A stretch of DNA of 64,000 nt from Octopus sinensis. Lineage: Eukaryota. The position numbers were made by a program, and so were the translations under genes. Below, in pieces: positions 12,151 through 24,757 of this stretch. The notes under the pieces were generated by a model, which saw only the letters and a list, made by a program, of their open reading frames with translations, was not told where the DNA came from and made no database searches. The stretch covers positions 13,020,001 through 13,084,000 of the forward strand of contig NC_043000.1 of the NCBI RefSeq assembly GCF_006345805.1, written 5' to 3'. The stretch's first letter is position 1. Every line of letters starts with the position of its first letter.

Positions 12151-14230
12151 TATATTATTGGTTTCATGTCTTTTATTGCTCTGGACTATATAGGTGGCTC
12201 ATCAAATCCTCTCATTAGAGGCACATAACCTCATTATTAATGGAGGTTGTATGATTTTAGGGATATTTGGCAGGTTGACTCCTTCATTAATGTTGCAATT
12301 TGCTGGTTTCATATTTCTGAAGTACTATTAGTTAACTCTTCACCTCCGTGCTTTGGTTTAATTATAATTAATTATTATAACTACAAATAATATTATCTTT
12401 TTAATGTCTTAATGTGAAGAAGACATTGTAAGTAAGGAGTGTCAGCCATTTCAGATGATCAAACCTAATAAGAAAGTTTCTTCTAATTTACTAATTTTTT
12501 TACACTTGCAATTCCACTTACACATTCACATTTGCACTTACACTTATACACATATTTGTGCTTAGATATACACACACTTTTATAAATGTGTACAAACACT
12601 ATACACATACCAAAATATTTAGTCACAACACAAATACATGTTTATATTTATCACCTCTTAATCATATGTATGTATAAAATATTAGTGTTATATACATTAA
12701 TCAAAGGTATAGTATTGAATTTTACATGTTTTTGTAGCATGAGTAATAACTAGATAAGCAGGATCTATTTGAGTCACATTTTATACCTCTAGGTTTAATA
12801 AAATCATTCAGTTACAATAATAATAATAATGAATGATTGTATACAGTGCTCAGGTGCACAACAGTTGTAACCAGATAAACAGAACTAAACCACAATTTGA
12901 ACTTGTTTTCTTTTTATTTGATACAAAATCTAGTTCTCATGTTTTATGATTAGTTAAATCAAGTATTCTTCACACCAAAAATGTGTGATCTTCTTTTTAG
13001 AAGAGTAACCAAAATGATAGTGTCAGACAAAAATGTTTGTAGTCTTGAGTTAAGCCCCTTTGTAGTCAGTTCGAAACCAATTTAAGTGCAATTTAAGCTC
13101 CCTGGAGCTGATAAAAAAAGTACTAATCACTTAGTAATGTCAATTCATTCAACCATGTCCTCCTTTATAAAATTTCTGTCTTTGTTTAGTCCGAAGTTCA
13201 GACATAAACTGATATATAATGCTTAAATATGAATGGAGGACAAAGGTTTCAAATTACAGCTGAACATTCTGCAGTTTTTTCTGTTTGCATCAGGGTTTTT
13301 ATTCCAACCACACTTGTATCTACCTTTTATCTACTCACTGAACACCACTACATATAGGAATGTGTGCAACATGTGTTTACAAACTATTTGCTTAAAATAG
13401 ACACATCTTTATCCTCTCTCTGTGTTCAGACATATGTGTGTGCATGTATGTGCATGTGTCAATGAAATAGTCAATATAGTTAACCTTATTTTTTTAATAA
13501 AAACAAAGATGTGTCCTAGAAGATTGCATACATCCTTGTATGAACACACACACACATTTGCATGCATCCATATAAATGTGTGTTGCATTTGTTTTTCTAT
13601 ACTAATAAATGTGGGATAATTTTTTTGCCATTCTTAGTTAGGACGAAGAGTAAGGTTGATGACCTTTGCAGGCCCTCTAAGACTAAATATTTATATATTG
13701 TTAGAACAATTATGCTGTAGAAATAAAACATACTGTTATCAGGTAGGCTGAGCTGAAGAGATTTATGTATCTAGCCTAATTGCACCATATAATTCTGCAT
13801 TCAGCTTTGAACTCCTTATTGCAGGAGTTGTCTAGCACCATGACTTCACTGTCATTCTACCTCATCATGCACACACATACACACACACAGGTATGCATGC
13901 ACGTGCACACACACACACACATGGGTATGCATGCATGTACACACACACACCAACATTTGAAGGTAAGAAATCAAAATACGAAAACTGATATTTTTTCCTC
14001 CTATTAGTGACTGACAACCCGATAGATTTGAACTTAACCTTTCCAGATTGACAAATCTGTATCTTTAACTTGGCAACATTTTGTTTCAACTAACTACATT
14101 ATAGATTTTAGATATGTTTCCATTTGCAAACCAATTTCAATTCTATTTGATAATGTCACACCTAATATTTTTCTTCTTCTTCTTCTTCTCTGATTGTGAT
14201 ATTAATATTTTCCTTCCACCTTATTTTCAG

Positions 14231-15070
14231 ATGCTGCTAAGCTCTCTAAAATGATACAGGACGATGATATAGCTGCTTCATTTTCATCTTTATCCACGGA
14301 GAAAGCTCAGCTGTGTGCTGTAATTTAATTACTGTCTGCTTTACTCTTGACATACAAAATCAATATTACCAAAGCAGCTATTCAGTAAAAGGGTAACTTT
14401 GCTTGCAGCAGCAGCAACAGCAGCAGCAGCAGTAATGACAACACTGGCAATGCACGTAACAGCATATAAACACTACTGAAACCGAAACCTATCTTTTAAT
14501 TCTACAAACAGGTGGCTTTCATATGTGTAAAATATAAGAGAAAAATTATAAGAAAAGGAATATGGATTTTTAATTACTTCATCTCAGATTTTTATCTCCT
14601 GCACTTATCCACTAATGATTAATCATGTCAGCTAACCTGCCTTTGTTTATATATAAATGTTACATTACCACTGCAGCATCTACTGCTACTGTTGCTATCC
14701 CTGCAAATACTGCTGCTGTTGCTGCCTCTACCGCTACTTCTTCAAAACATATACTTATTATTGATACTGTTGTCTGTGATACATGAAAAGATAAAGCAGT
14801 GAAAAGGATCCTCATTTCTGTTTTTGTATTTATGAAAAGATGCTTGAAACCAAACAATCTTTGCAATTATAAACTGTCCTAAGGAGACAGCATGTCCAGG
14901 ATCTTTCTAAATGCTGCTCCATCCTCATCACGTGTTTTGATTTATTTATTTTTTTTTTATACATTGTTACATTTGTGTCGTAAGGAACCAGCCTCTTATT
15001 GATGTTACTGTATCTGCTACATAATTAGCTTCAATGTGTTAGCTTCACTTTGAAAAGATTCAAGTAAGAA
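14231..15070 (+). other. Probable 5' UTR portion of the SLC12A8 start-codon exon (splice acceptor at 14229-14230)
   Basis: Long polypyrimidine tract ending ...ttccaccttattttcAG at 14230, followed by non-repetitive sequence running to ATG 15071. No transcript data. Confidence 0.4.
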
Positions 15071-15280
15071 ATGGCTGAGAATTCAGACACAGAGATTACC
15101 AATTTAATGAGTGCTTCCTCTAAGAAGGAAAAGAAGAAACCAGACTGGCATCGTTTTGGACTCAGCTGGGAGCAAGCAAAGGCAACTGACAGCTATTCTG
15201 GTTTTTTGACTGATAACAATGAAGCATTTTATCAACATGCTGATGAGGGTAAACAGAATGAACTTTTTGCTGAAGATTTG
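15071..15280 (+). CDS. SLC12A8: SLC12A8 coding exon 1 (MAENSDTE...QNELFAEDL)
   Basis: ATG in aagaaATGG context; 210 nt = 70 codons; donor GTAAGT at 15281, phase 0. ELFAE resembles vertebrate SLC12A8 ELFHE and joins in frame to the next exon. Confidence 0.8.
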
Positions 15281-16960
15281 GTAAGTGTATCACTTTCAGA
15301 TTTTCATTGCATTCTTTGAGTATATAAAAAACTGCAGGACAAATTTATAAGAAAGAGAAATATTGCTATTATGATATATTTTTGTATTTTCATCAGGTTT
15401 TCTAAATAACCTTAATGTAACATTTGCATGCCTTTCAGTTACCATATGTTTACAAAATACTTACCAAAACCAGGAACTTTTTCTATATTTTTGCAAGGAT
15501 TTCTTACTTTTTGGAAATAAATTGTGTGGGAGTTAAGAATTCAAATGGGAGGAAAGTTTAAATTTAAAAGAATAGTTAGAAATAAAATATTTTATTGAAT
15601 TATTTTAACCTTTCTCTTCCTCCTTTTGTGTTTATTATGAATATCAAATATTTCTTGATGATCTTTGGTAACCCTTAAAATATAGGAATTTGTATATATT
15701 TAGCACTTAATGTTATACTGAAGTTTCAGTGTGACATGATGCACTTTAATTATTAAGTTGGTAATATATTCCTTAAATAATCTATTCAACATGCAAAGTT
15801 TTTTTTTAGGATAGATATGTTTAGCATTTTACTGCAAAGAGCAGAAATGTGATAAATCTATATAGCATATCCATTTTTAAAACTTTATTGAACTGATTGT
15901 TGTCAATGCTGACCATCACTAGTGTCATAAAATTCTAGTCTTTAGCTTCAGTTTTTTGATGCTGAAGTTATCATTTATTTTGAAATGAGGTGGGGAAACA
16001 AGCACTTAGAGCGTTGGGGTAAGCAGGTAGAAAAATAATAAAATTTAGAAAGGATATTTTCTTTTATTTTACTTTTTTGACTTTATTCAGTAAGGTATAA
16101 AAAATGTGTGACATATTGCAAGCCCTATAAACATTTCAAAGCCTGTTAAATCAAACCAGACTTTCATGGTGGTGGTGGTGGTGATAGTAGATTGAAGCAG
16201 ATAAAGTCTAAAAGAGTAGCCAAAACATGTATGTCCCAGAGGACCTTCTGAAAAATTAATTTTTCTTGTTTGGATTTTAATTAAATACATTTCTAATAGG
16301 TGATATATTCTTCATAGAGTCTTCCTTACTCTTTTTCTTAAATTTAACTCAACAGCTGTTCTCAAGAACTTCAAGTTGTGTCATGTGAACTTACTTATCC
16401 AATAATATGATAAACTTGCCATCATGTTACCACCTTTTAGTTAGTGTTAAAAAAAGAGAACTATATTTCTGCTTTTGGCTGGTTTTCTTTATAATCTCCA
16501 TAACATATACCTCTCAACTCCTCATTGCGTACCCTCTATGTATTTATTAATTCTACCATATTGCCTTATTATCACATTGTTCCCTCCATGTTGTAATACC
16601 TTCTTTATTGTATGACTTCCATATTGTATCAGTTTTCCCCATTCTTGTGTGATATTAATATTACATTATCTCCATATTGCATTTCCTTCCTATTGCTTCC
16701 CTTCTATGTTTCATTAATATTTCCATATTGTATTTATCATTCCATATTAATTCAAAATTTTATTGATTTTCCCATATCATGCCCCCTTAACATTGTTTTC
16801 CTTACATACAGCATATTGTTCACATTGTACCACCATCCCTATTTAGCCCTCCATATGGTATTCCATTTTGTGCTGGTACTTCCTCTGTATTGTATTGATC
16901 TTTATTTTTCCAAATTGCGTTCCTTATGTTATGCCTTTCAGTCACCATATGTTTAGTTAA

Positions 16961-17309
16961 CCCCTTAATGGATTGATTATTTTGTCATGGTGTTTCATTT
17001 CAGAGCATATTTTTTTTTTCTTTTTTTAATTATATACACTGTGTTAATTACAAAAAAAGTTTTTTTTATCTTGTTTCCTTTATTTTTTATTATAGAAATT
17101 AAAATGTAGTTTTACTCATTTGGATTTAAATGAGTTAACTCAGACATTGAAAAAATACATATAACTTAACTCAAAAATAAAATGACGCAAAGCAAATAAA
17201 CTTGTTTGAGTGCTAAAATTATAAGTTAATTTTGACTGAGTATACTCATCTGGTTCTAAAAAGATACATTTGCGATGCACGAGTAAACTCAGGATAATCC
17301 ATTAAGGGG
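16961..17309. mobile_element. piggyBac-type MITE
   Basis: Perfect 14-bp TIR CCCCTTAATGGATT / AATCCATTAAGGGG flanked by TTAA at 16957-16960 and 17310-17313. Confidence 0.85.
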
Positions 17310-18609
17310 TTAAGTTTCTGCATAATTGTTGGTTTACTTAAATTTCAACATAACTGTTGCCTCATAAATCATAATATTTAATATTTTTGTTTTTAGAAAC
17401 ATATCAATAAGTTCCTTCACTGAACTAGTTATCTGTTTTCTTTTTATCCCCCTTCCCTCTTTATCATCCACTTGTTTGTCTTTGAGGTGTACTCACCCGT
17501 TATTTATTCAAATGGAAGTTTCTTGTGTAACCACTCTATTTCTGCATATCTATGGGCTCTCTCCAACCCTTATGCTTTCAGTTTAGATACCCCCCTCTAT
17601 TTTCTTTCTTTGTAGTAACAACATCCTTCATGTGACCTCTACCTACAATACAGACTGTTCTACCCTTCACTCTTTCCCCACAAACAATTCAAACACCTCC
17701 ACAAAACATACATCTCTTTCATGAACAATGACTCAATACTATTCTTCTATGAGAACAACAATTTACTCTCTTTCAACAACGCCAGGATATATTCACTGCA
17801 GAAACAGAGAACACCTACACCTTGTCTATTTATAACTCACATAATTAAAACCTTAAAATTATCTACAAATGCTAAATGTCACCATTCCTGTAGTCAATAC
17901 TTCTCAAAGGCTAGGCATTCTCTTCAGTACCAGAATATACTTCAACTCTGAAGAATTGATGAGCAAACCAAACTAGAGTACTGCTCATATATTTCACACA
18001 GTGCTGATACCACACACACATACAACCATTCTAGATCATGTATTTTTACCTCTAAAAAAATGCGATCTGCTGATACACTGAAACTGTCAGCTCTCAAATA
18101 AATTTTCTGTGACTCTTTACTCCTAAAGGTCTCTGCTCTTCTGAACTAGTAAATTGTGACCTGTTTCAACCAATTCTACATGTTGCATCCACATCTCTAT
18201 CTTTTTCCTTCCTACTACAAACAGCATTTTTCCAATGCTTCCTTCTTGAAAGTATAACTCTCTGAAACACACCCTTTAACATTAGCTTGAAATTCCTATT
18301 CACCATTCATTTATTTAATTATTTTTTCCTTTTACTATTGTATTGGAATGAGTTTAAGGATGGTGACCTCTACAAAGGGGTAGTTCTGCATGAAAATACA
18401 TTAGTATAATATTTGCAAATTAACAATTTGAGAAAATTAAATTATGTCTATCTTTCTTGTTATGGACTTCTGGAGTGCTTCTGCTTTCATAATGAGTTGT
18501 TTTGTATGGGGGAACTACATTGGGCAGTAGCACTCAAGGTGAGGTCAGACAAAAGTAGAATAAAGAAGGATGATGGTGTAGGCATCTCTAGACTGGAAAG
18601 TTCTTAGAA

Positions 18610-18960
18610 TTCAGGAGCACATCTTGCGGGCCAAGTCAACCTTGCTGTTTACGTGGGAATTCCAGCTTAGATTGTTATCAACAATCACTCCAAGATCTCT
18701 GGTATTGTTGGATGACACTAGGAAGTCGCCCGAGGGAAGAGTATATGGTAATTTCAGTTTCCTCCTTCCCAAAGTGGATCAAATCAAACTTATCTCCATT
18801 TAAAAGCATATTGTTTTCTCTCAAAGAGAAAATATTCAGTAACAGTTCTTTAAAGTAAAGACTATTTGCCAACATAATGTGGCTGTCCTTGATATTGTGT
18901 TGACAAAAGTCGAAGACAGGTGTATGAACAATAAGGAGGTGTATTAGTTTGATGCTCAGG
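18610..18960 (-). mobile_element. Decayed CR1/L2-like reverse transcriptase fragment
   Basis: Translation NNMLLNGDKFDLIHFGK resembles the CR1 RT thumb motif (W..N.M.FN..K...LHFG); frameshifted. Confidence 0.5.
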
Positions 18961-19113
18961 AAAGTGAAAATTCTTTTAATTTTCGAGCCTACTCTCTTCA
19001 GTAGAAAGGAATAAGAGAAAATAAACAAAGAGAAAAAAAAAAACTTGTGGATTTAGCATTCAAGCATGATGGTCAAGCATGTACATGTATATATGTATAT
19101 ATATATATATATA

Positions 19114-19958
19114 CTAGCAGAATTGCCCGGCATTGCTCGGGGCTGAATTGCTTGAAAGTACTGTTAATGATTGCACTGAATTATGATGATTATTCAGGCA
19201 AATATTGATATAAGCTTACAGTGGGAGATAAGGACTTAACGATCAAACGTGTGCCATTGCATTGTTTTGGGGGAACCAAATTTCTGATGAGCATTATAGG
19301 GGCACCAACTTTAAGTTTGAGAAAGTGTGGTGGTAGTCTGGGGTGCTCAAAGGAATTGAGTACCTCTATTGGATAGTTGACGACGTCCTCTGGGTCAGGA
19401 GTTGTATCGCTAGACTGATATACATAGACTTCCCCAGGAATGAGTTTTAGCATTTCATCATTAATATGGTGAACAGTTTTATTCCTCGGGGCCAGTATAG
19501 CCTTTTTGCCAATCCAATCCATATTCTGATAATTAGCTTGTAGATCTGGGAACACTGCATCTCTGAGATCAGAAGGCGTCTTAACAATGGTACAAATGGA
19601 ATCGATGGCAATATTACCATTTTCATCCCCTGGTATTTTGCCTTCGCCAAGTGCAAGGAGGGTGTGAGGAAATGCTGCTGATGTGATATTACGTCACATA
19701 TGAGCACGAATATTGGTGTGAAGTTTGAGAGTTACTTCCGTTTATTTTTTAAAATATGCATTAAAATGGAAAAAAATGATGGTAAATTATTTGTAAAATC
19801 ATAGACTCATCGTAGACGCGTGCTAATACCCAGAAGGGCTCGATATGAATCACGACTATAAGATACCCGGTTTTGGTTAAACTGCATCGCAAAATGTGGG
19901 AGTAGTTAGGAATCTAAATCGGAGTAGACAGACACACAACCTTTCTTTTATATATAAA
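19114..19958 (-). mobile_element. Non-autonomous Helitron carrying a PIF1 helicase fragment
   Basis: ORF 19190-19555 has KAILAPRN, PPHFLKLKVGAPIMLIRNL and CNGTRL (Helitron RepHel helicase). The 3' end has a CCCG...CGGG hairpin followed by CTAG|T at 19117-19114. The 5' end is TTTATATATAAAAG. Confidence 0.85.
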
Positions 19959-19960
19959 TA

Positions 19961-20440
19961 TTTTCGTCCTAAAAAACTTTGTATGGATTGAATGGTTACC
20001 TCTATGGAAATATATACACGCACATTATACATACATGTGTGTATAGATGAATATATAAATACATTTAAATATCTATATACACTTTTGGGCGATCTTTCTG
20101 TTTCTTAGAGATAACTTTAGATCTTATTTTCGTGCTAAAAAACTTTGTATGGAGTGAATGGTTACCTCTATGGAAATATATACACACACGTTATACATAC
20201 ATGTGTGCATAGATGAATATATAAATACATTTATATATCTATATACACTTTTGGGCGATCTCTGTACTACTTAGAGATAACTTTAGATCTTATTTTCGTC
20301 CTAAAAAACTTTGTGCGGAGTGAATGGTTACGTGTATGGAAATATATACGCACACATTATACATACATCTGTGTATAGATGAATATATAAATACATTTAA
20401 ATATCTATATACACTTTTGGGCGATCTTTCTGCTACTTGG
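19961..20440. repeat. 166-bp tandem repeat, ~2.9 copies
   Basis: Unit starts TTTTCGT at 19961, 20127 and 20293. Confidence 0.95.
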
Positions 20441-21307
20441 ATATAGGGGCGATGTTTCGCTTGTCGTAGCACACGTTTCCGTCGATTTCCGTAAAAAATG
20501 TAAACACTGAATCGGCCATACATACATACATACATACACACACACATACATACACACACACACACATACATGCATACATACATATACACATAAACCGAGT
20601 AAAAAATTTCAGTTATCTCTCTCTTTCACACATTACTCTCTCTGTCTCTTCACACACACTAACAGAAGCACTTCACTTACACAACATACTGTCTGTCTCC
20701 CACGCTCCATCAAACACACACACACACACACACATGTACATCAATGCGTCCCATGCACGGTAACTTCAAAAGAACTTCCCTCGTCATACAATCGCTTTCT
20801 CTTAGTCTCTTTCGCTCTCATTACTTATGTAAAAAAATAATTTTTTTACGGAAATCGACGGAAACCGACGGAAACCTGTGCTACAACAAGCGAAACATCG
20901 CCGATATAGGTCTTATATTCGTCTTAAAATACTTTCCTGTCACACACTCACGCACACGCACGCACACACACGCACACACACACACGCACCCTCACACACA
21001 CACACACGCACACACACACTCACACACACGCACGTTAGCTTACAATTTTATTTATATATTTGCGTGTCTATGTGTGTAAAGAGGAAGTGGCAGACTGAAA
21101 GAGTCACTCACTACAAAAGGTGAATTACTTTCATTTTATTCCTTGCACACTGTGTGTGTGCGTGTGCGTGTGGTGTAAAACACATTAAGAAAAGCATTTG
21201 ACATACACACCAGAATGTGAGTTTTCTGTAAATTTTGCTTAATTGGAGTTTAAATTTTAAAAAGTGGACCTGGCAAAACCCGATGCATTCTAATCTTAAA
21301 AATGCTA

Positions 21308-21960
21308 ATCATCATCATCATCATCATCATTTAACATCCGCTTTCCATGCTAGCATGGGTTGGACGGTTCAACTGGGGTCTGGGGAGCCCGAAGGCTGCA
21401 CCAAGCCAGTCAGATCTGGCAGTGTTTCTACAGCTGGATGCCCTTCCTAATGCCAACCACTCCGTGAGTGTAGTGGGTGATTTTATGTGCCACCGACACA
21501 GGTGCCAGACGAGGCTGGCGAACGGCCATGCTCGGATGGTGTTTTTATGTGCCACCGACACAGGTGCCAGACGAAGCTGGCGAACGGCCACGCTCGAATG
21601 GTGTTTTTAGGTGCCACCGACACAGGTGCCAGACAAGGCTAGCAGACGACCACGCTCGGATGGTGTTTTTATGTGCCACCGACACAGGTGCCAGACGAGG
21701 CTGGCGAACGGCCACGCTCGGATGGTGTTTTTATGTGCCACCAACACAGGTGCCAGACAAGGCTAGCAGACGACCACGCTCGGATGGTGTTTTTTATGTG
21801 CCACCGACACAGGTGCCAGACAAGGCTGGCGAACGGCCACGCTCGGATGGTGTTTTTATGTGCCACCGACACAGGTGCCAGACAAGGCTAGCAGACGACC
21901 ACGCTTGGATGGTGTTTTTATGTGCCACCGACACAGGAGCCAGATTAGGCTGGCGATCGA
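21308..21960 (-). mobile_element. SINE family C copy with an expanded internal 62-bp minisatellite (8 units)
   Basis: GCCACC(G/A)ACACAGG at 21489, 21551, 21613, 21675, 21737, 21800, 21862 and 21924; (CAT)n tail at 21308. Confidence 0.9.
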
Positions 21961-22045
21961 AGTAAATTGTAATTGAAGAAATCCTATATTGTAGATTTCT
22001 ATAACTGACAAAGGGAGGCAGATAAAATCTGCCTTTTATAATAAG

Positions 22046-22074
<29 letters not shown>

Positions 22075-22082
<8 letters not shown>

Positions 22083-22437
22083 AAATGGCAAAATGTCTGT
22101 CTGTGTGTGTGTCTTTTATACAAATCCACAATTTATCAGTTAGAGGGCTCGCACTTTCTATGGTTATTTAAAACCATCCAAGGGTGGTCGTGCACATCTT
22201 TACATTTCCCCAATCACCCCGCAAAGCTATTAAAAAATCAATAGAAGTTATTTTTTTGTGAATTTTCTTTCCAAAACCCAATCAAAATGCCCGAAACTTG
22301 ATACACCAATTGAATGCCAGCTAGCTGTATGTGATCGGTCAGAGATTTGGACAGTACTCGCATGTATGTGCGCACGCACGCAACTATATATGCATGCACT
22401 AGCACTATGACCCAGCATTGCTGGGTCATAGTGCTAG
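22075..22437 (+). mobile_element. Short non-autonomous Helitron-like element
   Basis: Starts in (TA)n with TATATAAATGGC and ends in a hairpin plus CTAG|T, like the 19114 element; followed by (TA)n. Confidence 0.65.
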
Positions 22438-22528
22438 TATATATATATATATGTATATGCATATACACATACATATATATACATAGATGTATATACATAC
22501 ATATATATACATAGATATGTTTACACAT

Positions 22529-22566
<38 letters not shown>

Positions 22567-23486
22567 ATATATATGTTATTTTAGTTAACTTGTTTGTTTT
22601 GAATAATATTGATAATACTATATTTCTGTTTCAAAATTCAATATCCTCTTAATGTATGCCATGTATCTTCTTGTTTGTTTAATGTTGTTTGAGTGTAACT
22701 GAATATGTCAGTTGAATGCACCAAGTATGCAGTCACTTGTAAGTTGAAAAATGGAAGAAAATAACACAAAAAGTCTTTTGCAGAATAAGAGCATAGAAAC
22801 GAAGAAAATAGGACAGTCTATTTGCATAACAAATCAGTTGTTTAAAAAATAACTTGCAAAGCCAAAAAATTTCTGCTATTGACAGATTAAAAAATTGGCC
22901 CCAAAGTAAAAACAGTATCAAAATGAAGAGTTTGCAATTATTACAAAAATCCACTTGTTTAATAGAAAACTTTATTTGCACCTAAAGCTTTGACTTTAAA
23001 AAGAAAAAAAAAGAAAATGTTCATGTATGAATTTATTCCTGTACTTTGCTTGCAACTGTTCTTTGATACTGATTCAGTGCAACAACTGCCCATGAATGTG
23101 GGTTTGTACTTTCCTAAAACTCTGATGCTGTTGGTGTCCTCACATTATAGCTACGTTTATCTTCATCATCATTATCATTTAATGTCTGTCTTCCATGCAT
23201 TCATGGGTAGGATGGTTGATAGAAGCCAGCCAGATAGAAGATTACCCCAGGCTGCTGTGTCTGTTTTGGCAGTGTTTTTATGGCTGGATGCCCTTCCTAA
23301 CACCAACTACTCTACTGAGTGGACTGAGTGCTTTATACGTGGCACCAACATAGGTGAGGTCAATTTTGACATGGTTTTTACAGCTGGATGTCCTTCCAAA
23401 TGCCAACCACTTTACAGAGTGGACTGAATGCATTTTACCTTAGGTTATGGAATTCCATGCTTACAGAAATTATAAAGTATGACCAC

Positions 23487-23784
23487 CAGTGGTGGACTGG
23501 GTCAAAAACTATTTGTTTCTAGAAGAATTAGGAGGCCCACCCACAACTACCAAGCTATCGTTTAATTTTTTTCTTTTGTTTTTGTTAAAAGTATTCTTTT
23601 CAACTGTCTATAAACACAGCTAGGCTGAAATAATTTATGCATTCTTCCAGGAGTGAATAAAAAATTTTCAGACTTGAGGGGATGGGCCCCTTAGATACTA
23701 ACACGGGCCCCCATATATGGATTCTAATGGCGCTGGGGCCCACTTGCCATTGAGAAAGCTGGCAACCTGGCCAGTTTCCTACTG
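23487..23784. mobile_element. hAT-type MITE
   Basis: 8-bp TSD ATGACCAC at 23479-23486 and 23785-23792; ends CAGTGGTGGACTGG / CCAGTTTCCTACTG. Confidence 0.9.
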
Positions 23785-24352
23785 ATGACCACTAATTTTG
23801 GGATATGATTTGTAGTTTCTTTAGAAATGTGGATAAATTTTAAGAATTTTAAAACTACACTTTCTTCTTAGTCAAAATGATTTCATTCAAACTCCTACAT
23901 AATATGGGTATATATTTTATGCGTGCACAGAGTTTGAAATATATTTGTCAAATTAACAAAGAAACTGAAAAGCATTAAAACACGCATGCAAATTGCTGCT
24001 ATGACTCATGAGGACGATTGACATTTTATAATTTGTGTGTTTCTTTTATTCCTATTTTACCGGTTTCAGTCATTAGAATGCAGCCATACTGGAGCATTTC
24101 TTCAGGAAGTTTTAGACAATTATATCAAACCAAGTACTTTATTTGTTACTTATCTTGTGAGATATAAAATGTAAAGTGGAAATTGGCAAAAGGAGAGATA
24201 GCTTGGTCAGATGTAAATACCATGCGGTATTTCTGTTTGAATGCACTGTTGTTTTTCTCCCACACTGGAGTGGTGTGAAAAAACTTTCTTCTATTGATAG
24301 ATAAAACATAACTGTACTACGAGTAGAAGCTCTCCTACTCACTATGGTACTA

Positions 24353-24757
24353 ATTTGAACTTGAAGCATTAAATAAGTTATCTTTATTATTATGCTGACA
24401 ATGGACGCTCTGGTTTGTGTTTACTCCAAGGAAGAACAGTTTTCAATGGTGTAGACCTCATCTAGTTATGCTAAAGAAGAGCAGTAATCAGAGATCTGGT
24501 TTTTACTTCTGTGCTAAATTTTTAAAAATTTATTATGTCAATGGCAATCTTAAAGATATGAGTACATTATTGCTTTTCAATTTACTTCAACTCTCTTTTT
24601 GATTGAGAATCAAGCCAGATAGTCTATAACAGCAAATTCATTCAACTAATAGAAAATAGATTATTGAAAACTGTTCTTCCTTGGAGTAAACACAAACCAG
24701 AGCGTCCATTGTCAGCATAATAATAAAGATAACTTATTTAATGCTTCAAGTTCAAAT
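24353..24757. repeat. Perfect 95-bp inverted repeat with a 215-bp spacer
   Basis: 24353-24447 is the exact reverse complement of 24663-24757 (checked base by base). Confidence 0.97.

Noticed and set aside
17940-18105. CTGAAGA...AAACTAGAGT and CTGATA...GAAACTGTC hammerhead-like remnants
   Set aside because: Each lacks core bases or stem II; too degenerate to support.
19190-19555. Host PIF1 helicase gene nested in the intron
   Set aside because: It is a fragment lacking the N-terminal helicase motifs and bounded by Helitron termini.
21480-21950. CRISPR-like regularly spaced repeats
   Set aside because: Units are similar over their whole length with no unique spacers, lie inside a SINE in eukaryotic DNA, and no cas genes are present.
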